Below are positions 1-10,899 of a stretch of DNA of 64,000 nt, in pieces (within the stretch, counting starts at the first letter, position 1; each line of letters opens with the position of its first letter). Location: assembly GCF_006345805.1 (NCBI RefSeq), contig NC_043000.1, positions 156,550,001 to 156,614,000 of the forward strand, in the 5' to 3' direction. This stretch comes from Octopus sinensis (lineage: Eukaryota). Position numbers and translations under genes: made by a program. The notes under the pieces were generated by a model. The model saw nothing but the letters and a program-made list of their open reading frames with translations. It was not told the DNA's origin and searched no databases.

Positions 1-32
1 TAATAGATCTACTCGATCAGAGTTGACTTAAT

Positions 33-236
33 CTTTTACTTGTTTCAGTCATTTGACTGCGGCCATGCTGGTGCACCGCCTTTTAATCGAGCAAATCGAC
101 CCCGGGACTTAATTCTTTGTAAGCCCAGTACTTATTCTATCGGTCTCTTTTGCCGAACCGCTAAGTGTCGGGGACATAAACACAGCAGCATCGGTTGTCA
201 AGCAATGCTAGGGAGACAAACACAGACACACATACA

Positions 237-289
<53 letters not shown>

Positions 290-477
290 TATATATATAT
301 ATATACATATATACGACAGGCTTCTTTCAGTTTCCGTCTACCAAATCCATTCACAAGGCATTGGTCGGCCCGGGGCTATAGCAGAAGACACTCGCCCAAG
401 ATGCAACGCAGTGGGACTGAACCCTGAACCATGTGGTTGGTTAGCAAGCTACTTACCACACAGCCACTCATGCGCCT
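33..477 (-). mobile_element. tRNA-derived SINE, family A, full length
   Basis: Minus strand has box A TGGCTGTGTGG, box B-like GGTTCAGGGTTCAGTCCC, CORE-like CTTGGGCGAGTGTCTT, internal (CA)/(TA) microsatellite, and tail ...GACTGAAACAAGTAAAAGA; many near-identical copies in the window. Confidence 0.9.
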
Positions 478-619
478 ATTAAAACAGTTAAAAACAGCAT
501 ACAACCGCAGGAATTCTTGTTTCTTTTTGTCATATCAAAATTTCATCACAAAATATCGCGGGGTTAAATGTTTGGTTTTCACAATGTATGTATGTGTATA
601 TGTATGTGTATGTTTGCGC

Positions 620-803
620 TAGCTTTGCAACCACCCTGTTTCGGGTTCAGGCCACTGCACAGTACCTTTTGTAAGTGACTTCTCTTATAGCCCCGGACCG
701 ACAAATGCCTGGTTGAACTTGGTTGTCGGAATCTATCAAGTAGCTCGTCATACATATATGTGTCTGTATGTATGGGTGTGCTCGTTTGTTTGCTTGTGTG
801 TGT

Positions 804-850
<47 letters not shown>

Positions 851-1072
851 TGTGTGAGTGTGTGAGTGTGCATGTATATGTGTGTATCTGTTTATGCTGT
901 ATATGCAAGCTTCACCCCTTGAGAACTGGCTTTGGCTAGTTCTCGTCCTCGTAGCTTAGCGATTTGGCAAAACAGATCGATAGAATAAGTACCGAAGTTG
1001 AAGTGCTCGGCTACAAAGCCTTCCGAGGTCGTAGTCCAGTGACTAAGTAAGTGATAAAAGTAAGTGATAAAA
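620..1072 (+). mobile_element. SINE family A, diverged copy
   Basis: TCGGGTTCAGGCCACTGC head remnant, (TG)n core, GATCGATAGAATAAGTACC 3' module. Confidence 0.7.
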
Positions 1073-1139
1073 CATCAGCTTAAAAACAAAACAAATCTAG
1101 TATCCATATTCTTAGCAACTCACCTCAGAAAAACATATC

Positions 1140-1576
1140 TAACAAGAACACTCAGAGGGCGCCAACCTCCGCCAAAGCAACACCAACGTCCTCTCAACGA
1201 TTAGCCAGAGATGAATTTTAAAATGAGAAATACTAAATTTCTAAATCTCTCTCCGCACCGTACCACCGTAATTTTAAAATGAGAATATCTAAAATGAACC
1301 TGACTGCTCTCACAAACAAGAATACTAAAAATGAACCGGAACACTCTAAAAAATTATGCAAAAAAAAACCAAAAAAAAAAAACAGGAAAATAATCCAGAA
1401 TCCTTGTCCGATACCAGATTGATCCCCAAATCTAATCACTTCGTGCCAGTCATGAGGCCAAACATCCCTGACGGTTTCATCCGAATCCATCCAGTGGTTC
1501 TTGAGATATCTTGTCCACGGACAAACAAACACGACTGGAAACAATACCTCCGCCTTCGTTAGGGCGAAGGTAATAA
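1140..1576. mobile_element. Non-autonomous DNA element, Crypton-A-like by resemblance
   Basis: Starts AACAAGAACACTCAGAGGGCGCCAACCTCCGCCAAAGC and ends in hairpin TACCTCCGCC-TTCGTTAG-GGCGAAGGTAATAA. Subterminal inverted CCTCCGCC/GGCGAAGG and near-direct TAACAA/TAATAA ends. Resembles an element widespread in aquatic animals; the superfamily name is from memory. Confidence 0.5.
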
Positions 1577-1811
1577 GCAATATCTTTTTTCACCTTATGC
1601 TTGTTTCAGTCATTAAACTGCGACCATGCTGGGGCACCCGCCTTGGAGAATTTATAGTCTAATGTATAGACCCCAGTACTTTTTGTTTTCAAGCCTAGTA
1701 CTTATTCTATCGATCGCTTTTTACCGAACCACTAAGTTACGGGGACATGAACACACCAACACCGGTTGTCAAGCGGTGGAGGCGATACAAATACAGACAC
1801 ACACACACACG

Positions 1812-1874
<63 letters not shown>

Positions 1875-1904
1875 ATATATAATATATTATATATATATAT
1901 AATA

Positions 1905-2202
1905 CTAGCAGTATTGCCCGGCGTTGCTCGGGTTTGTAAGGGAAATAACTATATAAGCATTTTTAGAGAGTTACTTCCCTTATATAATAGCAAAAAATGC
2001 ATTAAAAATGGGAAAAAAATTATGGTAAATTTTTTTTTTAATCGTAGACTCATCGTAGACGCGCGCTAATACCCAGAAGGGCTCGATATGAATCACGACT
2101 ATAAGATACCCGCTTTTGGTTACACTGCACCGCAAAATGTGGGAGTAGTTAGGAATCTAAATCGTAGGAGGCAGACACAACTTCACTTTTATATATATAA
2201 GA
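1905..2202 (-). mobile_element. Non-autonomous Helitron (298 bp)
   Basis: Minus strand starts TC(TTATATATATAAAAG) and ends CCGGGCAATACTGCTAG with a GC-rich subterminal hairpin; near-identical copy at 42790-43087. Confidence 0.85.
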
Positions 2203-2496
2203 GAACTAGCCAAAGCCAGTTCTCAAGGAGTTATAATGGACTGAATTGAATCGTAACAAATCTGCATATCCTCTGATAACTCACCGATGGCAATTCGATG
2301 ATTTTTCCTCACAACTGCACGTACATCTGCGATGTTTTTCTCAGTTCTGCTGGTTGCAGGTCTCCCAGAACTTTCGTCAGTATCGACATGATTTCGGCCA
2401 TCCTGGAAACATTTAAACCACTCTTACACTTGTGTGCAGCTCATACACTCCTCTCCATACACTTTCTACAACCTTGTGTAGGTCTCTGAGCAGGTT

Positions 2497-2497
<1 letters not shown>
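2203..2497 (-). mobile_element. Mariner transposase N-terminal (HTH) fragment, local duplicate
   Basis: Direct repeat of 4176-4472, roughly 95% identical by eye. Confidence 0.85.
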
Positions 2498-2554
<57 letters not shown>

Positions 2555-3302
2555 CGACGGGATTTTTCAGTTTCCGTCTACCAGATCCACTCACAAGGCT
2601 TTGGACGGCCCGAAGCTATAGTAGAAGACACTTACCCAAGGTGCCACGCCGTGGGACTGAAGCCCGAACCATGTGGTTGGGAAGCAAGCTTGTTACCACA
2701 CAACCATGTCAGCACATGTGATGGCCTTAATTAAAAATGAATATCTACAGAAGGGAAGTTAATACAAATGGCGAACTATACGTATTAAATTATTCATTTT
2801 AGATTTAATAAATACACTAAATGAACCTTTGCAAGAGCATATAATGGAGGAACAATACCGCTTTATGTTTACCGCAGCGGCCTTAGTGAAAGATGGCGAA
2901 TTGGCTGTTAGGGAGTGATCGCCATTGTTGTATGATTGTCATTTGGTATAGATAAGACATCGATCAATGAAAGACAATCCCGGTAACATTGGTAGACTTA
3001 GAATAGCCATGGAAACGGAAGCAGATAAGCAGCGCAAAACATTATATAATGCCACAAACACGGTTGCAAAACGAGCTTCTTATTCAAGTTATACATGCAT
3101 GTATAGTATACACACACACACACATGTGCGCGCGTATATACAAATACATACATATATGCGTATTTGTGTCTGTGCTGTGTATGTATGCATGTATGCATGT
3201 ATGTATGTACGTATGTATGTAGGTAGGTATGAATCTACGTCTCTGTGTGTGTGTGTATGCGTGCGTGCGAGCGTGTGTATACACACACACGCACACTCAC
3301 AC

Positions 3303-3344
<42 letters not shown>

Positions 3345-3352
3345 GCACGCAT

Positions 3353-3389
<37 letters not shown>

Positions 3390-3391
<2 letters not shown>

Positions 3392-3666
3392 CGTGGTTTG
3401 ATCAGTAAGTATCTGGACTATTGCCATAGTAACGAAGTTAAAGCACGCAGAGTTAAAGCCGCTTGGTACAAATTGACCTTGAGTTTTGCTGTGCATGCGC
3501 ACTAAGTCTTAACGTTCTGGCTCACTTACACTATTTACAGCAATGCATGGAAGGAAGGTGTGTAGCATGCCTTCTTCGCATTGACCATGATAGAGAAAGG
3601 TAAGCAGCTAATGTGCAGCAGATTTTGCTAAAAGCTTGGCGATACCTGCTCAGAGGCCTATGCAAA
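3390..3666 (+). mobile_element. Mariner 5' end (TIR, leader, transposase start)
   Basis: TA followed by CGTGGTTTGATCAGTAAGTATCTGGACT (mariner-type TIR); decayed frame ...KLGDTCSEAYAK at about 3635-3666. Confidence 0.65.
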
Positions 3667-4490
3667 GTTTTCAAAAACTTTTCATCGTTCTCGACGCAGT
3701 CAAGCAGATTTTGTACAACGAAAACCCGAGTGTCTTTTTGGTCAGCTGAAAGCAGTTTTGGTACAAACTTGGCAGATACGCGTCTCATACCCAAACCTTC
3801 AGTCGGGTTCATTTTAGATATTCTCATTTTAAAATTACGGTGGTACGGTGCGGGGAGAGATTTAGAAATTTAGTATTTCTCATTTTAAAATTCATCTCTG
3901 GCTAATCGTTGAGAGGACGTTGGTGTTGCTTTGGCGGAGGTTGGCGCCCTCTGAGTGTTCTTGTTAGATATGTTTTTCTGAGGTGGGTTGCTAAGAATAT
4001 GGATACTAGATTTGTTTTGTTTTTAAGCTGATGTTTTATCACTTACTTGCTTCAGTCACTGGACAACGACCTCGAAGGGCTTTGTAGCCGCCGAGCACTT
4101 CAACTTCGCTACTTATTTTCATATCTGGTACTTATTCTATCGATCTGTTTTGCCAAATCGCTAAGCTACGAGGACGAGAACTAGCCAAAGCCAGTTCTCA
4201 AGGGGTGATAATGGACTGAATTGAATCGTAACAAATCTGCACATCCTCTGATAACTCACCGATGGCAATTTGATGATTTTTCCTCACAGCTGCACGTACA
4301 TCTGCGATGTTTTTCTCAGTTCTGCTGGTTGCAGGTCTCCCAGAACGTTCGTCAGTATCGACACGATTTTGGCCATCTTGGAAACGTTTAAACCACTCGT
4401 ACACTTGTGTGCAGCTCATGCACTCCTCTCCATACACTTTCTGCAACCTTGTGTAGGTCTCTGAGCAGGTTTCACCTTGCAACCTTTTCA
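3667..4490 (-). mobile_element. Mariner transposase fragment interrupted by a 403-bp insert
   Basis: GETCSETYTRLQKVYGEECMSCTQVYEWFKRFQDG..ERSGRP..SIQSIIT joins EGLGMRRVSAKFVPKLLSADQK..FLKT in frame once 3802-4204 is removed; HTH plus WVPHEL-equivalent linker. Confidence 0.9.
3802..4204 (-). repeat. Inverted copy of 916-1304 inserted in mariner
   Basis: Reverse complement of the SINE 3' part, unique spacer and 5' 165 bp of the Crypton-like element. Confidence 0.9.
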
Positions 4491-4585
4491 ATAGTCGTTG
4501 ACTATGTCGTTATCAGAGCTGTGTTCTTTTGTTTGTTTGTTTGTGCACATCTGTGTGCGTCAGTGTGCATGTGTATACATATATA

Positions 4586-4808
4586 TTTCTTTATTGCTCA
4601 CAAGGGGCTAAACATAGAGGGGACAAACAAGGACAAAGGGATAAATCGATTATATCGACCCCAGTGCGTAACTGGTACTTCATTTATCGACCCCGAAAGG
4701 ATGAAATGCAAAGTCGACCTCGGCGGAATTTGAACTCACAACGCAACGACAGACCAAATACGGCTACTCATTTCGCCCGGCGTGCTAACGTTTCTGCCAG
4801 CTCGCCGA
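4586..4808 (-). mobile_element. tRNA-derived SINE, family B
   Basis: GGCGAGCTGGCAGAAACG head, GAGTTCAAATTCC box B, central GCCGAGGTCGACTTTGCATTTCATCCTTTCGGGGTCGATAAA (Meta/beta-domain-like, from memory). Confidence 0.9.
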
Positions 4809-5149
4809 CTTACATATATATATGTGCATGTGTGTATGCATGTATATGTGAGTGTATTTGTATGTATATACGTGTTCTGCATATTCATGTATTTGTGTGT
4901 TCACGTTTGTATTTGTGTGTTTTTGAGTGTTTGTGTGTGTGTGTATTGGGTGTGCATGTCTGAGTGTGCCTATGTGTATGGGTTTCTGTGACTATGTACA
5001 TGTGTCTGTCATGTAAGTATGTGTCTCCATATGTGTCCATGTGTGTCCATATATGTGTGTGTGTTAAGTATGCATGTGTGTATATAGTCTTCATTAGTGT
5101 ATCTATGTGTGTTTGAAGTGGTGTACAGATATTCTATATTGAATAGCGC

Positions 5150-5247
5150 TTTCGTTCTTTTATCGAACTCATCAAGATAAAATCAAAATCAATATGGTAT
5201 CATATTGATTTTGGTTTTGTCTTGATGACTTCGACAAAGAAACGAAA
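5150..5247. repeat. 46-bp-arm hairpin overlapping a hammerhead-like core
   Basis: Arms 5151-5196 and 5201-5246, loop GTAT, about 6 mismatches. Confidence 0.85.
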
Positions 5248-5619
5248 ACTCTCATAAAGAATCATCCAGTGTATTGGACTTATAGGTATAAGTCGATTAG
5301 TGCGTTGAAGTATTGAGTTGAGTACTGTCACATTATGGTCTACCTGGTGTCATCCACAATCATGGTATATTTCTGCTGGATCACCTTCAGGAAATGCGCA
5401 GTGTCAGTTGGGCTAATTATATTAATTAAGTACCGACAATATGGATTTGACATTAGACGTTGGACAGAAAGTTTAATACCAAATCCCTCTTGTCCTTACT
5501 GAATGCATACATATTGGTACTTGAGCAAGAATATGTAGGATTAAAATGCAAAGCAGTTTTTTCGAAGTTCCATACACACACACACACACACACATGTGAC
5601 CTCGTGAGTATCGCTGGCG

Positions 5620-5810
5620 ATTTTTTCCTCTGTCTTCCCTTCTCTGGATCTTTCCTTCTCCTATGTTTCCGACGAAGAGCTCCGCTCGAAACGATGAACC
5701 CTCCTTCTTCCCTTTTTTCCTGAGCGTCCAATAATACTTTATTTGTTCCACGTCCTCGCGTTGTTGTGTTATTTTGGTTTTTTTTTGTGTTTTCTTGTTT
5801 GGATTAACTA
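5620..5810 (+). mobile_element. Short PLE-derived element with hammerhead relic
   Basis: GTTT-CCGACGA-A-GAGC-TCC-GCTC-GAAACGAT-GAAC at 5665-5699; downstream CCTGAGCGTCCAATAATAC resembles 29708-29870 and 50414-50500. Confidence 0.55.
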
Positions 5811-6334
5811 TATATATATATATATATATATACATACATACATACATTCGTGTGTGTGTGTAAATATTCATAAGTATATATGTTTGTATATATTTTTCTA
5901 TTATCTCCCATAATAAAAAAAATTCATTAAGATCTCTTTAATTTTTATTGCACAACATGCATTCGTATAGAAACCTTACTCTCTTTCTGTCCCCCTCTCT
6001 CTACCCAGCACACACACACACACACACAAACACTGATATGAAGTAGGCAGGCCTGTGTACATGTGTACGTGTCTGTGCATACGTGTCTCAATGAGTTTAG
6101 ACTGAATACATTATCACGCGATCATTAGGTCCAATGTTCAGGGAGAATGTCAATACTGAACTCTGTTCTACAAAAATCAGGCGATACAGTCGACTGCGTA
6201 CATAACGGAGCGCCCTCCCCCGCGTGCACACACAGTGACACGTATATAGAAGGGCACATGTGGCCGTATGTATTTTCAAATACATATGTTTGAACGTCAT
6301 ACACACACACACACACAGTAATCCAGCACCATAT

Positions 6335-6396
6335 CGCGGGACCGTCCAAAGCCTTGTGAGTATATTTGGTAGACGGAAACTGAAAGAATCCCGTCG

Positions 6397-6435
<39 letters not shown>

Positions 6436-6447
6436 GTATATATATAT

Positions 6448-6517
<70 letters not shown>

Positions 6518-6523
6518 AGGTAG

Positions 6524-6601
<78 letters not shown>

Positions 6602-6755
6602 CGTGTGTGTGTGTGTGTGTCTGTATTTGTCTCGCCTCCACTGCTTGACAACCGCGATGTTTTGGAACGTAACACCCGCGATAGACGGGGATTACTGCAT
6701 ATATTTCCCTGTAAGTTTCAGTCCAAGGACTGCGGCAATGCCGGGGCACCGCCAT
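6335..6755 (+). mobile_element. SINE family A, diverged and 5'-truncated
   Basis: CCAAAGCCTTGTGAG..GGTAGACGGAAACTGAAAGAA, expanded (TA)/(GATA) core, GCTTGACAACCG, GCACCGCC. Confidence 0.7.
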
Positions 6756-6929
6756 TTACTTTGTTACACTTTCAATAAATTCCCTCCGATATGTAACATT
6801 TAGTGAATGAAGGAGTTTGACAGAAAGTGTGTCATTAGCCAGCTGGAGGAGGTGTTCCTCCTGGGGCTACAAGCTACAGTAGCATCCACTCTTAAGGGTT
6901 AGCCACATTTAAGTGTTAAATATACTTCA

Positions 6930-6980
<51 letters not shown>

Positions 6981-6985
6981 TATAT

Positions 6986-7035
<50 letters not shown>

Positions 7036-7107
7036 GTGTGTGCGCGTGTAAAATAAAATAAATATATGCGTGTGTGTGTGTGTGTGTGTGTATGCATGTA
7101 TATATAT

Positions 7108-7280
7108 AAGGTACATGGCCCAGTGGTTAGAATGTTGGTTTCAGAATCAGGAAATAATGAGGTAGTGAGTTCGAATCCCGAACCGAGCTGTGTCGTGTTC
7201 TTGAGCAAGACACTCTAATTCATGTTGCTCCAGTTCACTCAGCTGTAGAAATAAGCTGCGACCTCACTGGTGCCAAGCCT
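7108..7280 (+). mobile_element. tRNA-derived SINE, family C
   Basis: TGGCCCAGTGG box A, GAGTTCGAATCCC box B, GTGTTCTTGAGCAAGACAC..CCAGTTCACTCAGCTG. Confidence 0.8.
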
Positions 7281-7382
7281 TTTCCTTGGATAACATCATC
7301 TTTGTGGATGCTCGGACTTTGGAGGTAACTTTCTGGTCATTCGTGACGAAATGTTTTCTTTATCATACATACATTCATGCAT

Positions 7383-7430
<48 letters not shown>

Positions 7431-7489
7431 TGTGTGAGTGTATATATATATATATATATATATATATTCTTTTTTTTGGGGGGGGAGGC

Positions 7490-7600
7490 GCCAGTCGATA
7501 GATTGATCCCAGCAGGCAACTGGTACTTAATTTATCGACCCCGAAAGGATGACGGGCAAAGTCCACCTCGATGGAATTTGAACTCAGAACGTAAAGACAG
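7490..7600 (-). mobile_element. SINE family B, partial
   Basis: Central GGTACTTAATTTATCGACCCCGAAAGGATG module. Confidence 0.75.
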
Positions 7601-7715
7601 TGTGACCTTTATATAATTAAGGTATCTTCGGCTTGGTGAATAGCTAGCTGAGTAACGCTCATAGAGTGATTATAACATCAAAGGATCTGCTACCAAGGAA
7701 TCGTAAGTAGCCTGG

Positions 7716-7750
<35 letters not shown>

Positions 7751-7822
7751 AAATTGAAAAACGTATTGTAAATAAACAACGACAGGGTATAAAGCGCACA
7801 ACTTATACTGAGTGTATATATA

Positions 7823-8025
7823 AGGCGGGCGAAATGCGTAGCCGTATTTCGTCTGCCGTTACGTTCTGAGTTCAAACTCCGCCGAAGTTGACTTTGCCTT
7901 TCATCCTTTCAGGGTCGATTAAATAAGTACCAGTTACGCACTGGGTCGATATAATCGACTTAATCCGTTTGTCTGTCCTTGTTTGTCCCCTCTGTGTTTA
8001 GCCCCTTGTGGGTAGTAAAGAAATA
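7823..8025 (+). mobile_element. SINE family B
   Basis: Matches the family B consensus seen elsewhere in the window. Confidence 0.85.
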
Positions 8026-8179
8026 GGTATACAGACAGAAAAAGTCCTAAATTCTTCACTGCTGACACGTGATCCGTGGCGAGCCATTCTTCTTTCTCTC
8101 CCCTTTTCACATCGGCTGCGTCGTTGACCGGCACTGAATTCTCTGTGTCCCACTGTCTTGCTATTTGTTGTTTCTAATC

Positions 8180-8303
8180 TGTTATGCCGCACGTTCGGAT
8201 GCCTCTACTACTCTGTTCTTGTCTACCTTGACATCTAGGCTTCTCCCTCTATATCTACGTATTGGGCTAGCCTACTTCATCGTCTGGAGGCGTCCACACA
8301 ACA
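8180..8303. mobile_element. Tiny solo-LTR-like element (124 bp)
   Basis: TGT...ACA termini; 5-bp TSD TAATC at 8175-8179 and 8304-8308; related copy at 8812-8953. Confidence 0.75.
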
Positions 8304-8733
8304 TAATCCTTTAGGATGCCTTTTAAGTGTTACACACCATTCTTGTCTTTTTGGCCCTAAGGCTATATATTTTGCTCGTTTCTTGCTTCTTTCGTCTTTG
8401 TCTATCCTCTAAAACTACATTTATTCACTTTCGTATGTCCACCCTGTATTGTCTTGCTTGGTCTCGGCTCTATATTCTCCGCAACTTTCGCGGCCACCGC
8501 CAGTATGGGAAGTTCTCAGTCTCATTATTGAAAGTGCGAAACTGAGTAATACCATGTGGTTGATAACTGATGAAGAATTAGGGACCTTCTCCGTCTGTCC
8601 CCCGTCCGGTTGTACACTCAATATACATTATAGGTATTTTACCCTGTCGTTGTTTTGTTACAGTCATTTTTTTCTTTTATTAAGTAACGAACGCAACGCA
8701 ACCCTGATTTTATCAACAGTAAGATTTATATAG

Positions 8734-9138
8734 TGGAGGCGCGTGGCTTAATGGTTAGGGTGTCAGCATCATGATCGTAAGATTGTGGTTTCGATTCCTG
8801 GAACGGGCGACTGTTATGTCGTACGTTCGGATGCCTCTACTACTCAGCTATACTGACTGCTACTCAGCTGTTCTCTACTTGACGTCTCTACTTGACCTCT
8901 ATATCTATGTATTGGGCTAGCCTACTTCATCGTCTGAGGGCGTCCACACATCAGCGACGCGTTGTGTTCTTGAGCAAAACACTTCATTTCACGTTGGTCC
9001 AGTCCACTCAGCTGGCAAAATGAGTAACGCTGCGATGGACTGGCGTCCCGCCCAGCTGGGGAACACATACGCCTTTGAAACCGGGAAACCGGGCTCATGA
9101 GCCTGGCTAGGCTTTAAAAGGGCGCATTTATTTATTTT
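8734..9138 (+). mobile_element. SINE family C with nested insertion
   Basis: TGGCTTAATGG box A, GGTTTCGATTCC box B; resumes GCGTTGTGTTCTTGAGCAAAACAC after the insert; (TTTA) tail. Confidence 0.85.
8812..8953. mobile_element. Tiny solo-LTR-like element (142 bp)
   Basis: TGT...TCA termini; 5-bp TSD GCGAC at 8807-8811 and 8954-8958, inside a SINE C. Confidence 0.8.
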
Positions 9139-9666
9139 AAGATTTATATAATCGCGCCAGTAGCAACTCCAGTAATGTAGCAGAAATTGTGGAAATCCTG
9201 GTCTGAAACAACTGTAATCCAATCGGATTATGGAGGCAGGATTTACTCGATGGAGTGAATGACAGAGAGTGCACAGCAGCCTAATCATAGAAAAACCATC
9301 CAGAAAATATTAGGAACAGTGATATGAAACAGAATATAGTACTTTAATCATTTTCCTCAAGACGGTTCTGATTCAACAAACTATACTACATGAAATTAGA
9401 ATGGAGGAATTTCACATCTACATGACAGAGTAACGTATTAGTCTCGACAGCCGCCGGTTTTGAAGTCAAATTTAATTTTTTTTTCCTATGAAATCCATTG
9501 CGGAGTAGAGCATCATCATCATGATTTTATGAACTGGCTCTCAATTTCCGAGAAGAACATCTCTGTAAGTAATTTTAGAAGCAGCTGAAAAGAGTTCCAG
9601 CTGGATCTAGTCGAGGAAGAAAGTAAGTTCACTTTAGCTGGCTTAATGATCTCTACTTACAACTGG

Positions 9667-9866
9667 AGGCGAAATGCGTAGTCGTATTTCGTCTGCCGTT
9701 ACGTTCTAAGTTCAAATCCCGCCGAGGTCGACTTTGCCTTTCATCCTTTCGGGGTCGATAAATAAAGTACCAGTTACGCACTGGGGTCGATGTAATCGAC
9801 TTAATCCCTTTGTCTGTCCTTGTTTGTCCCCTCTATATTTAGCCCCTAGTGGGCAGTAAAGAAATA
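9667..9866 (+). mobile_element. SINE family B
   Basis: Family B consensus match. Confidence 0.85.
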
Positions 9867-10478
9867 AGCGGTTAAAACATTTGCCATAAAAATGACTTGG
9901 TTGACGTTGGTCTCCTATAGAGTGCAGTTTCAAACCCAGACAATGATGCAAAGTTCGACCGCAGAGTGGCATGTATATGTGTGCATGTGTGCACATCAAT
10001 CTCTCTCCCTCTCCATATACTTATATGTGTGTGTATGTGTGTGTGCGTGTGTACGCACGCGCAAGTGTGCACATATAACGAAAATTTTAACAAAAGTGAA
10101 AGGAAGAAAAATAAAAATTCAAAATTCCGTAATGTATAGCTAAATTCTGTTTAGGTAACAAAATCTCATTCATATATTGGCGATTACCAACATAAAATCA
10201 CTCAGCTGCGCCAGACGATTACAAATGCACATACATACACTGATATACATCAGGCCCATCGCCAGACTTTGATGCCTGGAGTACTTCAGAATATTCTTGG
10301 TAGGCACTAATTTTTGTAAACTGTATTTTCTCAATTTGAGGGTGCACCATTGAATAATAAAGTAACGGTGACGTCCAGTGCACCCCCTTAGCGACGGGTA
10401 TGGCATACATAAAGGAACACGACCATCCACATATACTTAAGTGAATATAATTCCCAAGCAAAAGAGAAGAAAAGACAA

Positions 10479-10899
10479 TTCTTTTATTCTTTTTATTCTT
10501 TTACTTGTTTCAGTCATTTGACTGCGGCCATGCTGGAGCACCGCCTTTAGTCGAGCAAATCGACCCCGGGACTTATTCTTTTTGTAAGCCCAGTACTTAT
10601 TCTATCGGTCTCTTTTGCCGAACCGCCAAGTGACGGGGAGATAAACACACCAGCATCGGTTGTCAAGCAATGCTAAGGGGACAAACACAAACACACAAAC
10701 ACATACACACACATATATATATATATACATATATACGACGGGCTTCTTTCAGTTTCCGTCTACCAAATCCACTCACAAGGCTTTGGTCGGCCCGAGGCTA
10801 TAGCAGAAGACACTTGCCCAAGATGCCACGCAGTGGGACTGAACCCGGAACCATGTGGTTAGTTAGCAATCTACTTACCACACAGCCACTCCTGCGCCT
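10479..10899 (-). mobile_element. SINE family A, full length
   Basis: Intact head and (AAAGAAT)n-like tail. Confidence 0.9.

Larger units (their letters stand above)
1595..2706 (-). mobile_element. SINE family A split by insertions
   Basis: 3' half at 1595-1812 and 5' half at 2553-2706; a Helitron and a mariner fragment sit inside its internal microsatellite. Confidence 0.8.

Noticed and set aside
420-477. tRNA-like heads of SINE A, B and C as tRNA genes
   Set aside because: They have A/B boxes but no complete cloverleaf, and they continue into SINE bodies.
2730-3070. Unique stretch with short frames (EEQYRFMF; DNPGNIGRLRIAME)
   Set aside because: In-frame stops, no convincing splice sites, no recognised homology.
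8240-8303. Hammerhead-like CGATGAAG..AATACGTA on the minus strand of the tiny LTR-like element
   Set aside because: It lacks both CUGA and GAAA, so there are too many core mismatches.
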